A DNA stretch of 64,000 nt, filler included, from Basidiobolus ranarum (taxonomy: Eukaryota), in NCBI GenBank assembly GCA_040143965.1. It is 11 parts of 11 records of this genome, joined end to end, with 100 filler letters (N's around TTAATTAATTAA, not from the genome) between each part and the next. Parts side by side here need not be neighbours in the genome. Positions count along the whole stretch, not along the records: positions 1 to 5,767 come from JASJQH010008380.1; positions 5,868 to 11,628 come from JASJQH010008381.1; 9 more parts are not named here. The stretch is one strand, 5' to 3'. The notes beneath the pieces were generated by a model. It had not been told where the DNA came from and did not search any database. It saw only the letters and a list, made by a program, of their open reading frames with translations. A program made the translations under genes and the position numbers. Shown in pieces: positions 1-11,728 of the stretch. Every line of letters begins with the position of its first letter. Within the stretch, counting starts at the first letter, position 1.

Positions 1-203
1 GTTGATCCATAGTTCTCTGAGATTTTAGCCAATCATTTGCAACTATTTTGCGAGATCTTGAAATTTCACTCCTGAAACTGAAAAAATTGATTAAAATCAA
101 ATCTAACTTGAAGTTTTTATGACGGTAAGTAAACGGTCAACCCCAAATGGATTAAAATTGTGACGGTTTTCCTACATTAACAATCCTCAAATTTCTGTTA
201 GGG
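1..203 (+). repeat. Terminal segment of dispersed repeat family (probable DNA transposon end)
   Basis: Aligns end to end with 12001-12203; both copies stop matching exactly after AAATTTCTGTTAGGG. Confidence 0.85.
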
Positions 204-1009
204 AATTCCAAGTCCCCTAAACATTTTTATCATATGTATGGTAAAGGAAAATCTTATGCTACAGAGAACAGATAGCACCAAAGAAGACCTAGGTGACTAG
301 TGAAAGGATCCCCCATGGTGATTGATATCATTATCAAAGAGTTCACTACTGAAGTATATAAGCAAAGACAATTGTGCTTCATATGCAATTGGAAGAGACA
401 TTATGCAAGATGATGTCCAGATAGAAAGTCAAAGGAAATTAAGAAGTTCTTTAACATCATTGCTAATATGGAAAAGTCAGACAATAATCAGGTAAAAGAA
501 AAGGTGGCCACTCTGCATCAGACTGCTAAGTAACTGTGCAACATGAATAACAACTCAGGAATACTACTATATCTGGATGGAGTTATAAATGAAACTACTG
601 CTAGAATCACAACTCACTCAGGAGCATCATATGAGCACATATCATCCCAATTTACTAACAAAGCAGGAAGCACAGAGCCAACTACCAGAGTTTCTACTGC
701 AGATGGAAAACCACACTCTATAAGTTAAATTAAAAGTCCCTAGCTGATCACTATAGAAGATTAACTGTATGTTGTTCAAGCATACTGTTTGAAGGCTGTA
801 ATTATGATTTAGTGCTTGGAAAGATTTACTATTTCAGTGCAATCCAAATATTGACCAAAAAACCATGAGATTACACCAATGAAAACAAAAGCAATTTTAT
901 ATAGATTTTATCTACCCTTGTGGAGTACAAAACCATCACAGGACCATCACAGTGTTGCTGGCTTGCATTCTGCTATATATTTTGATGGTGAAATAGTGGC
1001 TTCTTAGTA

Positions 1010-1352
1010 GTATTTGGGAGGCCTTTGAAAGTGGTTTGGAGAATTAGAGAAATTGGTTGTTTTCACTTGTTGATGCATTGAGTAGAGTGTTGACATTTAT
1101 ACCTTGATCACAGGGTTAACCAACTGATGTGTAAAATATGTTAAGAAAGGTTCCAGGAATATGAGTGCTAAGTTTGGGGTTTCCGGCACAAGTTTGAAAC
1201 ATATACTTGCCTAAAATCTTCTAAGTTGGTTAGAATAGTCTGAGTAAATATCAATAGAGAATGATGGATAATATCTTAGTGAAATATAAGTAAATTGAGT
1301 ATTAAGCTATACATGACTATATAGGTGCTTAGGCATTGCTAATTTGAGCATT
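1010..1352 (+). repeat. ~300-340 bp dispersed repeat unit, copy
   Basis: Shares blocks (GTGGTTTGGAGAATTAG, TTGAGTAGA..GTTGACATTTATA, GTTAAGAAAGGT.CCAGGAA, GGATAATATCTTAGTGAAAT, TGACTATATAGGTG) with 11729-11970 and 40621-40870. Confidence 0.8.
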
Positions 1353-1379
1353 TTTATGGTAATCATATATGGTGGAATA

Positions 1380-4200
1380 TTAATCCTCACAAACCAATTT
1401 CAGATTTGCAAATTACTATGTTTATTGCATGAAGAATTTGAACTTATATGCATGCCTATGTTTAGATATTCAAGGCTTGGTTTTCTAGCCATAATGAGAA
1501 TCCAGAAAAGAAGAATCCTGTTGTGTTTAATCTCAAGATAGTCATATACTTTACTGATCAGACATAACTCAACAACATCAGTATGCTTTTCCAGTAAACT
1601 AATGGTGGAAAAGTTGCTAAATGTCAATAATTTGCAGTATAATTGACACTTAGCAAGTTGTTGAAACTTGTTACCATTGACAATGAGAATAAGCTTCAAT
1701 ATTTTAGCAAATATCCATAAAGAATTCAGCCATAATATCCTTGACTTGCAGTCAACAAATTTTCTGGCACAAGTCAGTTTGTCATTGCTTAAATTGAATA
1801 CCCCTTGGCTATAGGAATATTGCTGCCTATCTTGATATATCTCACCCACAAGTCTGTCTTGAAGCTTTCCTACAAATACTGTCACGTAATTGCCTGAACA
1901 ATATAGTCCAATTTATGGAGATATTGACTATGTGTCCATAGATTGAGTTTTGTTGCAGTTGTGTTACTCAAACAACACAAAACCCATGAGCACATTGAAA
2001 AGAGACATGCATTAGAAGGTAAACACAGTTTGGAGCCCTCTTAACTCATTGAATTACATACATCACCAAGTTTGTTGAGGTATTATTAATCATATAAGCA
2101 TATAGTAATACTGACACTCCCACATGGAGCATCATTTCACTGTAGGTATGCTCCATTTGGAACTCCTAGCATGTATAGGAAGGCCCTATAATCTCTAAGC
2201 ATTTTGAAAGATGCAGCAGGGAATGTATTGATTTGACCTGGATTGGATCCACTCTTATGGATAGCAAAACTGCCAGAGAACCACATAATACTGGTGGCCT
2301 GCATTCTGCCAGAGATTTTGATGGTGAGATGGTGGCTTCTTGATGGTATTTTATAGGTATTCATACATTATAAAAATATTGATCCTCATATTTGTCTTGC
2401 ATTATTTAATATCCAACAATTTTTGCAAAAAACTAATTTTCAAATGGCAAATTACTGGGTTTCCTGCCATTGGAATTTGAATACATATGCATGCCTTTAT
2501 TGAGATATTTCAGATTTGTATTTGTGCCATAATGAGAATCAAAAAATTCAGCAATCTTGCTATGTGTAGTTGCCGTATATGCACATACTTTGCTGATCAG
2601 ACATAAATTAACTACATCAATATGCTTCCCAGGAAACTAATGGTGGAAAAATAGCTAAACCTCTGAAATTTTGAATAGCACTCACACTTGGCAATTTCAT
2701 ACAGAGCATCATTTTAACACAGGTGCACTACATTGGGAGCTCCCAGAATGTACAGCAAGGGCTAAAACTCAATAAATATGGTGAAAGAAGCAGCACAGAA
2801 AGCATTGAATACCAGCAAAGATTCAGTCCATCTTCTTTCAACCTGTAATCAAGTTTTTCATATCCATTTACAAAATCTTTGCACAGTTGCTGTATCTGCC
2901 TGAGATCTGCTAATGTGCATTGATGCCATAAGAACATATTGATAATATCCACAAACAACTCCTAATATTGCCAATACTTATCAGGCAGAAATCATTTCAA
3001 GATTCCACTTGAATATATACTAATCCAATACTTTCAGTCTTGGCAGTTGAGTAAACACTTATATGATTGGATATTGATGAGAGTTGTAACACATGTGCTG
3101 TCTTGATGTTTTCAAGCATTTTTCCAATTGATTCAAACATTGATCATATCCTAAATAACTCATTCATATTGATTTTGCACTATATAGCTGAGTAAGTAGT
3201 ATTGGAATGTTGTTGATTAGTAAGTGCATAGTGCCTAATATGATGCTCTGGCTCCAGCTGATCCCCTTTAGCAATATATTCTTAGGTTAATGGCCACTCC
3301 CAGGTTTGATGTCAGACCAAATATTTGGTGAATTGCTAGCAGTGAGCATGTTGAAATCTGACAAGGCTCTTGATGGTAAAACCATGGGGCTGAGTGTTGT
3401 ATTTGGATAGTAGTAATGCATACACCTGGTAGAGTAAATTCCATTGATTTGACAAATCTACGTCAAGAAAGTGCATTGCACCTGCAAAAACCTCCAAGTT
3501 TACTGATGGCAGGAGTGTCACCAATGAATACTATGATATTAGCTTTAACAAAGTATTCACCCATCTGAATCCCATTAGATAGCCATTCAAATTCCACAAT
3601 CAAAGGCTCCAGAGCAGCTGTCACTTGCTCTGATGATGAGTGGTTTTACATTTTAGAAACTGTGCAGAACTTGCCCAAAATCACCTGGATTTGAGCTAAT
3701 CATTGAAAAACCAAAAACCAGCCATTATCCTGAAGGTTCTTGGCTTATTTCATGTCACTGATCCTGGGTTTTTGCAAGTAAATGGCAATTGGGCTGGTAT
3801 AGGCCTATTCATGAAAGATCTCAAAATGTGTGCCATTATTGATTTGGAAAAGAAAGAAAAACAGCTCAAGAAGTACTCCAGGAGCAGGAAGTTAGTATAC
3901 CCAAGGGAAAAGCAAAGGAGCCAGTGAACTTAGGCTCTATTGCCTCACTTACCAAATTCTTCACACCATTACTAAGATCTGCATTTCCAGAGTCGGATAT
4001 CCTGGCAAAAAAGCTTAATTTCACCATGGACCCAGGTACACCAGTTGGAACAATGCTAAGTTGGGAAGTTTATCCTGCCCCTGGCACCTCTCAACAAGCC
4101 AAAACACCAACAAATAAAACTCATGGTTCTCCAACTTCAACTTGTACTTTTTAAGTGTTGAAACTACCCTAAAGTTAAAGGCAAGCAAAAAGCCACACAA
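1380..4200 (-). mobile_element. Degenerate CACTA/EnSpm (CMC)-like transposase relic
   Basis: ORF remnant 2728-2958 (QQLCKDFVNGYEKLDY..L.LC...LLLSPYLLSFSP..TFWELPM) resembles the FV..YE.LY...HLLLHL...I...GP...W.FPMER region of fungal Tnp2-type transposases. A TAKD*KYWISIYS remnant lies near 3020-3050. Many stops, near absence of CpG; boundaries approximate. Confidence 0.6.
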
Positions 4201-4779
4201 ACACCACAAAGCACTCTTAGTGCTGCCACACTACAAGGGTGTATGAAAATAGTAAAAGTGCTTGGGGTATATTTTTGAAAGTAAGAAGGGAAAAGTGTGG
4301 TGCAAGTGTGCAGAAAGTTGCTTGAGTAGAAATACATTCAAGATGACATTAAGTCTGGTGTAGCCATGCAGATATATGGGAAGACCTAAATAAAGAGTGG
4401 CACAATTTTGCAGGGTATTCATTGATAAAAGTGCTTAGGGGATTTGGAAGTGTTTTGGGCAAGATTTGGATTTATGAACTAGACACTTAAGTTTTATTGA
4501 ATTGAATAAGTCATATATATAGTTCACTATGAAATAGGACTATTGGATGTGCTTAGATCATAACAAACATGCCTGTTAAGCATGGGTGAAAATTTGAGGT
4601 GATTTGGAGAAGTTTTGAGAAAATAGTGAAAAATGGTAAAAGTGATCTAATTGATATTTCTATCAATTAAAGCAATAAACACACATTTTTGAATGACAGA
4701 ATTGAGTGCTAATTACTCAGAATATTAATAAACTAACTACTAAATAATGAGTTGCTAATTTACCTAATTTCAACATTCC

Positions 4780-4992
4780 CACTATGGTTGGCTGCTTCTT
4801 ACTATTCCAAGTTATGGCTTCATTACCATAGAGAAAAGTGTATGCAGTTGTTGATCTTTTATTGTCAAGATTTCTTCTCCAGTCTGCATCATGGTAGCCT
4901 TTGAAGTTTTGAGCATCAGGAGTGGCAGAGTATTCCCAAACTAGATCTACAGTTCCTCTCAAATACCTGAATATTTGTTTTACTGCAGTTTA
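4780..4992 (-). mobile_element. Ty1/copia RT C-terminus / RNase H fragment
   Basis: AVKQIFRYLRGT...GYHDADWRRNLDNKRSTTAYTF...AITWNSKKQPTI, matching the canonical copia DADW / RSTTG / W.SKKQ motifs. Confidence 0.9.
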
Positions 4993-5022
4993 ACTTAATC
5001 CTACCCAATAAATCAAGATAAT

Positions 5023-5472
5023 TGTCACAATAAGGAACTGGACAAGGACTGGAAACAACAACAAGAGGCTAGAAGGCAGGAGAGTACTTGGGTGTAGACC
5101 ATAAGACAAGACTGGACAGGGAAGATACTTTGGCAAGAATCTTTATTGATAACTGGCATTGATCAGACTGAGGTCTGATCAAGGAATACATGGGGCTTAT
5201 ATAGATATTGCAGGGTGAAACATAATATACTGAATAGGGAATATACTGTGGCAAGTTCAAGTGTTGGGGTGTTGGGGACTACAAGGACCAATACAAAGAG
5301 GGATGATGTAAGGATGATCAGGTGACCTTCCATGGAAGGTCTTGGTGGAAATACACTAAGTGTGGGATGACATGATTGGTTAGGTTTCATGGAATGTTCC
5401 AAAGAACATGACTTACATATAAGGTAACCTGGATGAACTAACACAAGATTGCCAAGAAGGGATGGCACAGCA
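5023..5472 (-). mobile_element. LTR-like sequence (probable solo or orphan LTR)
   Basis: On the minus strand it reads TG...CA (ends TATTGTGACA), with a TATA box (CTATATAAG, ~5196-5204), a perfect 10-bp hairpin at 5159-5182 and AATAAA at 5142-5147. No convincing TSD; 5' boundary uncertain. Confidence 0.5.
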
Positions 5473-5555
5473 GATATGATGTTGTAATCTAATAATAGAA
5501 GAGTTCTATTTGCAGTGGATCAGTATGCTGAGATCAGAATCATGACACTACCCCC

Positions 5556-5767
5556 ATGGAGACAAATCTTAACTTCAACAAAAATGGCTCAAATCAGATG
5601 TTTTTGAATTTGAATGAACGCCAGAAATTTCCTTATCAATCTATAGTTGGTAGTTTGATGTATATCATGGTTGGAACATGGCCAGATATTGCATATTCTG
5701 TGGGAGTTATGTGCCAATATGTTCAAAGTTATAGATCTGATTAAATCATAGCAGTTAAGTGGATTTT
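5556..5767 (+). mobile_element. Ty1/copia reverse transcriptase fragment
   Basis: PYQSIVGSLMYIMVGTWPDIAYSVG...*IIAVKWI matches the copia RT motif PY...VGSL.Y....TRPDI.YAV; truncated by the contig end. Confidence 0.9.
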
Positions 5768-5867
5768 NNNNNNNNNNNNNNNNNNNNNNNNNNNNNNNNN
5801 NNNNNNNNNNNTTAATTAATTAANNNNNNNNNNNNNNNNNNNNNNNNNNNNNNNNNNNNNNNNNNNN
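5768..5867. other. Artificial contig linker N44-TTAATTAATTAA-N44
   Basis: 100-bp N run with a central six-frame stop cassette. Confidence 0.99.
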
Positions 5868-6563
5868 GATGATATCTCTATCATTGACCAATATTGGAAA
5901 TGCAGAGGATCATCTACTAAGAAGAGTCCTCATCCAGGGAGGGAATGATGTTGTGCACCAACATACAAAGTTGTTTAAACTTACGCCATATCTATATAAC
6001 TTGTTTGAATATCTGTTTAGTTTACCATTATTGCTAACTAGTCACCTGACCTTATCCAGTGACTTTATCATGTGACCAATATTAAATTTGTAAGCATAAT
6101 CTGATATTCCCAATAAAGATTCTGAAAGCCTAACCCTAACCCTGACTTATGATTGTGTGAAGTATTTGCCAATTTTTCTCTGGTTCTCAACTAGCATTTC
6201 TCATAGGGTATAGACAAGTTTCTAACTAGAATATAAGCCCTTGTCATTTGACTTCTTTTTGTTAATGAAGAATATGCAAATTCTCATTACAATTGAATAT
6301 ATTATTTGGTTAGGCAGAGCTTGAAATATAAAATTAAATCTTGCATAGAATGCCGGGATATCATCATTAGAAAAAGGATTGCTTAGAAGTAAATTAGTTA
6401 TAAGCTATAGCATATAGGCAATACTTTAAATCCGTAGTAACTACTTTGTATGAAATATCTGTCTTAAGATTTTTCGAAACAAATGATTGTTTGAGGAATT
6501 GTTTTATTAGTGAGAGTAACCAAGCAATTTACCATCAGAGTATGAATTTGACCGCAAATTAGA

Positions 6564-7388
6564 TTATAGTTTGGGCTTCAAAGATTCAAATGCTTTGTAA
6601 ATAGCACGGTTCAATATGGTAAGGTGATTTTCCTCAGGTAGTGGGGAAAAGTTCAGCTGTATCTTATCGGTAGCATTAGTTTTTAATATATTTGCAAGAC
6701 TAGCGGCATCATTTTCCATAACCTGGCCTTCGGTGCCTACGGTCAAGAAAACCTTAATGTTTTCGGCACCACCTGATTTTAGGAGTTCTGGAGCCTTTAC
6801 TAGTAAAGATTCATTATCCCACCATAAACTTGGGCTGACGATAATGTAACTAGTAAAGAGGCTTGGTTCTTTCAACAGGATCTCAGTACCTAGTAAACCA
6901 CCCAGAGATTGCCCAATAATGGTTTTCGATCCGTTAGTACGATACTTCTTCTCTACAAAAGGCTGCAGCTCACTTTGAAGGAATTCAATGAACTTCTGAG
7001 AGCCCCCAGTAGTGGGGAAATCCTCCTTGTCCTTTTCAATCGTGGTTGGAAAGGTAAAGTCTCTCTTTCTGTCTACATTGGCGATGCCGACTACAATCGA
7101 TTTGGGTAAGGTTTCGATCATATTGAAGAATTGCACCAGGCCGGTAACATGAATGAAATCTTCATTGGCTGAACCATCTAGTAAGTAAATTACTGGGTAG
7201 CCAGAAGAATTCTTGTTGTCGTAGCCATCTGGGAGATAAATGTTTAGTGTTCTTTGCTCTCCCAGGACGGAAGACTGAATTTCCTCTACTTTCCCCACAA
7301 CGAATGGCTTAGCTGAGCTGCTTTGAGCCCTTACATTGGACAGGGTGAATAAGCAAAGAAATAAAATAAATAAGGTAAGTTTCTTCAT
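6564..7388 (-). CDS. Secreted alpha/beta hydrolase, IroE/YbbA-type putative esterase (bacterial-like, intronless, 274 aa)
   Basis: ATG at 7388 gives the signal peptide MKKLTLFILFLCLFTLSNVRAQ. Motifs RTLNIYLPDGY, YPVIYLLDG, RKRDFT, nucleophile GQSLGG, SPSLWW and C-terminal ENH. The ORF track start at 7478 is a TTG extension. Confidence 0.9.
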   Translation of the reverse strand: MKKLTLFILFLCLFTLSNVRAQSSSAKPFVVGKVEEIQSSVLGEQRTLNIYLPDGYDNKNSSGYPVIYLLDGSANEDFIHVTGLVQFFNMIETLPKSIVVGIANVDRKRDFTFPTTIEKDKEDFPTTGGSQKFIEFLQSELQPFVEKKYRTNGSKTIIGQSLGGLLGTEILLKEPSLFTSYIIVSPSLWWDNESLLVKAPELLKSGGAENIKVFLTVGTEGQVMENDAASLANILKTNATDKIQLNFSPLPEENHLTILNRAIYKAFESLKPKL

Positions 7389-10300
7389 GACCGTATCTTT
7401 TAGAGAGCTGTTATGCCAGATCTGTGCTTCATAGGCTTTATATTCCAATGAATTCTGAACCACTTGTTGCTGAGCCAAGGGTGGTGCTATCTGATAGTGA
7501 GGCTTAAAACTAGCCTATAGAAAGGTCTTGTGACAATAATAACTCTCGAAGTGAATAAAACTTGTATCGAACAGCTTGTAGCAGTTTAAGATGTGCGTGG
7601 CAAATAAGCTGTGTAACGCAACTGCGGCGGGGTGGTGATCAACTTACAAATCACATATGCCGTACTATGCACAATCATGACCGCATGAGATGGAAGTAGC
7701 TGAAACCAGCAAATCAATCTGTCCAATCATCAGGCATGCCGCGTTCCATTAAAGTAAAAAAAATATGGTATTTGGGATGCCGTTGTTCACACGGTATCCA
7801 TGTGACGTTAGCACCCCAACAATGTTGTATATGAAAGCTATAGTCATGGTGGGAATCATGTGTGGCATTTTCTCCATAAACCTGATTTCCTACTAGTGGA
7901 GCAATCCAAATCAAACCCAAGAGTTTTCAACACCCATTTGACGAACAAAAAAGAACAAGATAATAAGTTCAATAAAATCCATGTAATACCTTTATAGTCA
8001 TTACTAAGAAACAATCCCCATTGAATAGCATGTATAAAATCGGATTGAATCGAACACAGTATTAAGAAAGTTAGATCATGAAGATATTCAATATGAAGTA
8101 TTGACGCTAGTTTGCTCAGCTAGAAGATTCTTTCTCATGATGAGGCATTCTGCTAACTCGGTAACGAATTAATTCATGTCTGGTTTTCCACGCTCTGAAC
8201 ATGTTCCAGTATCATTGTAGAGATGAATTGGTCTAATGGCGAATCCGATAGCGTTATTCAAGTGTTCAAAACTCAACAAATATCGCAGGTGAGAGATTGT
8301 TGAGAAATGGTGATATTTGAGGATTTATTTGTAATCAGATAAGAAAGTGGGCTAATTTAAGAAAATATTGTGTTATTGTTGCAGTGATGTCATCGGTATA
8401 TCTCAATCTAAGCTACTCAAATAGATCCAAGTCTATATATCCGCAGAAATGTTATGTTAAGTGGTGAGATAAAGTTCTTGATAGGAGTAGTGATTACTAA
8501 AGCTGACACACTAGAATGCACAGAGGAACAAGTTCCGACTCTAGAATTATGTATATCGGATACCTAGTTAGATATCGAAAAATCATGTTAATTGACAATA
8601 ACATACCGTGGCCCAGGCCTTAGTTGGGTAGAGTACAGGGGTAGCTTGACCTCACAAGTCATTTCAGCATCTCTTTACCAATACCACAAACTATTATTAT
8701 GCACCACTTAGAATATTTTTGCCTTAACAACTTCCAAATATGCACTATGGCGCTGCATCCTAGTGCAGCAAACGTGTCAAAGAGGCCTAACTCTTTTTGA
8801 AAGCATTTCGACTTGATATCTACTCCATATCATGTTTGAGTCTTCGAAATAGTCCAATGTAGAATGCTCATAGTGGCATTTTGACGTGTTTAGGTTATAA
8901 AGTAATCAAGATGCATGTCCAAGCCTTACTCTATTGGCTATCGGGAGTAATCGGTAGTGCTCAAAGGAACTGGTTCATTGAGTGTGGATTGAGGGATGGA
9001 ACTCAATTGTAGTGATTACCCCTTAAACGGGGAGCTCCTATGAGAATCTTGAATCAACAAGATTGATGTATGCTTGGCCTTGTAAATATATAGAAAACGT
9101 TGAAAGTTGTAAAAAATAATCAATCAAGTATTGGATTGATAATATACTGGAATAAATGGCAAACACTCGTAGATGTGAGAATAACATTTTGCAAATCAAG
9201 AAACAGAACAGTAGAATCGTACTTTTATATCAGCAACCATTGTATTATATCGATGTGTTCTAACTCTGTAACTTGGAATTTTAATGTTGTGAACATTCTG
9301 ATATATTGTTACTTCTGCCCTAGTCTGTGGAAGTGCAATCATATATTTATATTATTAGCACAGCCTTCATTTGGTTCATTAAGGGCAGTAACTATCTTGC
9401 AATCTGCCATTAGTTTGAGTTGATGGACAAAAGCTAATGATAAAGAACATAATAGATGTATTGCATACATTAGATTGCTGATGAGATCAGTCCATCAAGG
9501 TTCTATAGTGATCTCTCACCCAATTATAAATACGCTACTCTATCAGGTGAGTGCTGCTGATGATTAGAGTCTAGGTACAAGGATATCAATAGTTGATGTA
9601 TATTTATACTTTGTTTGTACGTTCTGCATGAGGTTGTCATGTATTCCTTAGTAAAGATATTATACATCATCTGGGATAGGCATTTCAGCTAATATTTAGT
9701 GGCAGTTCTACTCAGAGTCAGCCAAGGGATAGAGATACAGGTTGTCTACATAATCTTTGTTGCCAGAAGATCATTGACTCTGAATTATACCTTGTAGTTC
9801 ATATCCACCACATAATTGTTCAAAAGCCCATGTATTATCAATATATAATACTAAACTGGGTTTGATAGCACAGTTTTTTTGGTACAGGGTGCATGTTATT
9901 GTTGTACCGTAGGTAATAGGTACTATCATGGAGCTGGTATATGAGGTAATGATTGCCAGTAATTAAGCTGGCAGACCCCATACTATGACTTTTTGATTGA
10001 ATCGAGTTCCAAGCAGCTGTTTGACAAGAGGAAATTATGAACTTGGATAATTGAAGTAAGTTTAGGGATACCTAAGCTACACTGATACCTACCGTATTAA
10101 TCATGCCTCGAGATCTCTTAACAAATGAAGCAGTTCTATCATGCATTCAGAGCCAGTACTAATATACTTCGTAGCTGCTTTACTAACTGCGTGTACAACT
10201 TGACATTAGCAAAATCAAGCAATATACTTGGTTGAAGGCATGAGATGGCAAAATGCTATAAATTATTGTGACTAATCTTCAGGTGAAATTTCACTTTTAT

Positions 10301-10759
10301 GAACAAACCAAGACTAATCAGGATCATACTTACAATGATGGCAACATTTGGTATACCAACGAGTGTGTGACATGCAATTATGAAGTCCGCTGTCATAAAA
10401 ATTATTACCAAATTCGCTGCATCTAGATCAGTACTCTGTTTGGACTTGATTGAGAATATAGTTATGATTTATTCATACGATTAAGCTTACTGTGAGAGAC
10501 TCACAAGCAATTATTGATCGTCACATGCTTGTATGACGAGAATGTAGATTAGTTGAAGCATTGAAACCTTCCACTGATGTTGAGTTTCATCGATTGTGTA
10601 TGGTTATGGATAATGGTTAGAGTATGATAGAATACTAGGTAAGATAGGATTAAGCCAATGTAAATCTTACTGAAGGTTCACGTGTAGAGAAAGAAAGTCC
10701 AATTTTGAGATGACTAAAGAGTTAATACATAAAAGAATCGTACAACACCAGGCCGGTAT

Positions 10760-11628
10760 CTAAGCGTTGCTAATTTTGTCTGTACTTTCTAGTGGTTTTT
10801 CACCAAGTCGTAGTTGTTTGATCTTGTATTTAGCCCAGATCATCGAAATCACTCCTGGGATGATTATCCAAGCGGATATCACTAACCAGTTAATCCACAT
10901 CTTATGGGTCAAAGAGCCATAGAAGATACTGCGAAGACCACGAACAGCATAATACATTGGAAACGCTACTCCCACTTTTGCAAGACCAGGTTGCAGAGTG
11001 TTACTAAGAATACCTCCACTAGTGGTCAATTGCAAAACTAAGAAAAGAGTACCTGGGACCTATGAAAAGCTGTGTTAATCTTAGCCAAAAAATATAACAA
11101 ATGGTGCATTTTTTACCTGAAAGCCCTGATCAGTCAGGAGTTGGAGCATCAGGAACAAAATACTCAAAAAGGCGAAGCTGGTGTACCAAACAAAGGCAAT
11201 TGCAAATCCGGCATTCTTCCAATCAAATTGATGATTTTTCAGTGACATAGATGGAATCATAATGGACACGGTCTGGAACAAGGTTAAAATAGCAGCCAGC
11301 AATCCCCATGCAATCACCACTCGCACAGCAGGAAAGGTCCAGGATCGAGATATCTCTCTCATACGTAGGAATTTGCTCACGATTGTAACCGTCAAGAGGC
11401 ACCCGATGTATGAGACAATAAAAGTCACATACGATGCAAAGTTCGAACCGTAAGCGTGAACAGGATGAAGGATCGTCTCACGCACTTGAAGAAAATCAAC
11501 CCAGAAGGTAGGATCAAATGCTTGGATTATTACTGGCCCAGACTTACTAGAAAGAAATTGCTTGGCTAAAGTTGCCGAGAAACTGTCAAATGCTTTTTTT
11601 TTAGCCTGGAGGATGAAAATATGGGTGT
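10760..11628 (-). CDS. SNG1/DUF3533 - YhgE/Pip-like multi-pass membrane protein, 3' part (5' end cut by contig end)
   Basis: Frame is open from the contig end. Motifs LHPVHAYGSNFASYV, LQLTTSGG and FPMYYAVRGLR plus hydrophobic TM segments. GT-AG intron 11060-11116 joins DQGFQ|VPGTLF; TAG stop at 10760-10762. Confidence 0.75.
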
Positions 11629-11728
11629 NNNNNNNNNNNNNNNNNNNNNNNNNNNNNNNNNNNNNNNNNNNNTTAATTAATTAANNNNNNNNNNNNNNNN
11701 NNNNNNNNNNNNNNNNNNNNNNNNNNNN
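11629..11728. other. Artificial contig linker
   Basis: N44-TTAATTAATTAA-N44. Confidence 0.99.

Noticed and set aside
5812..5823. TTAATTAATTAA repeated at ~5.85-kb spacing as a biological repeat or array
   Set aside because: Always centred in exactly 88 N; it is a synthetic six-frame stop linker.
7389..7478. N-terminal extension MAQQQ... of the esterase ORF
   Set aside because: TTG start; the ATG at 7388 gives a clean signal peptide.
8608..8670. tRNA- or SINE-like stretch (TTAGTTGGGTAGAG)
   Set aside because: Only an A-box-like piece; no T-loop GTTCG and no cloverleaf.
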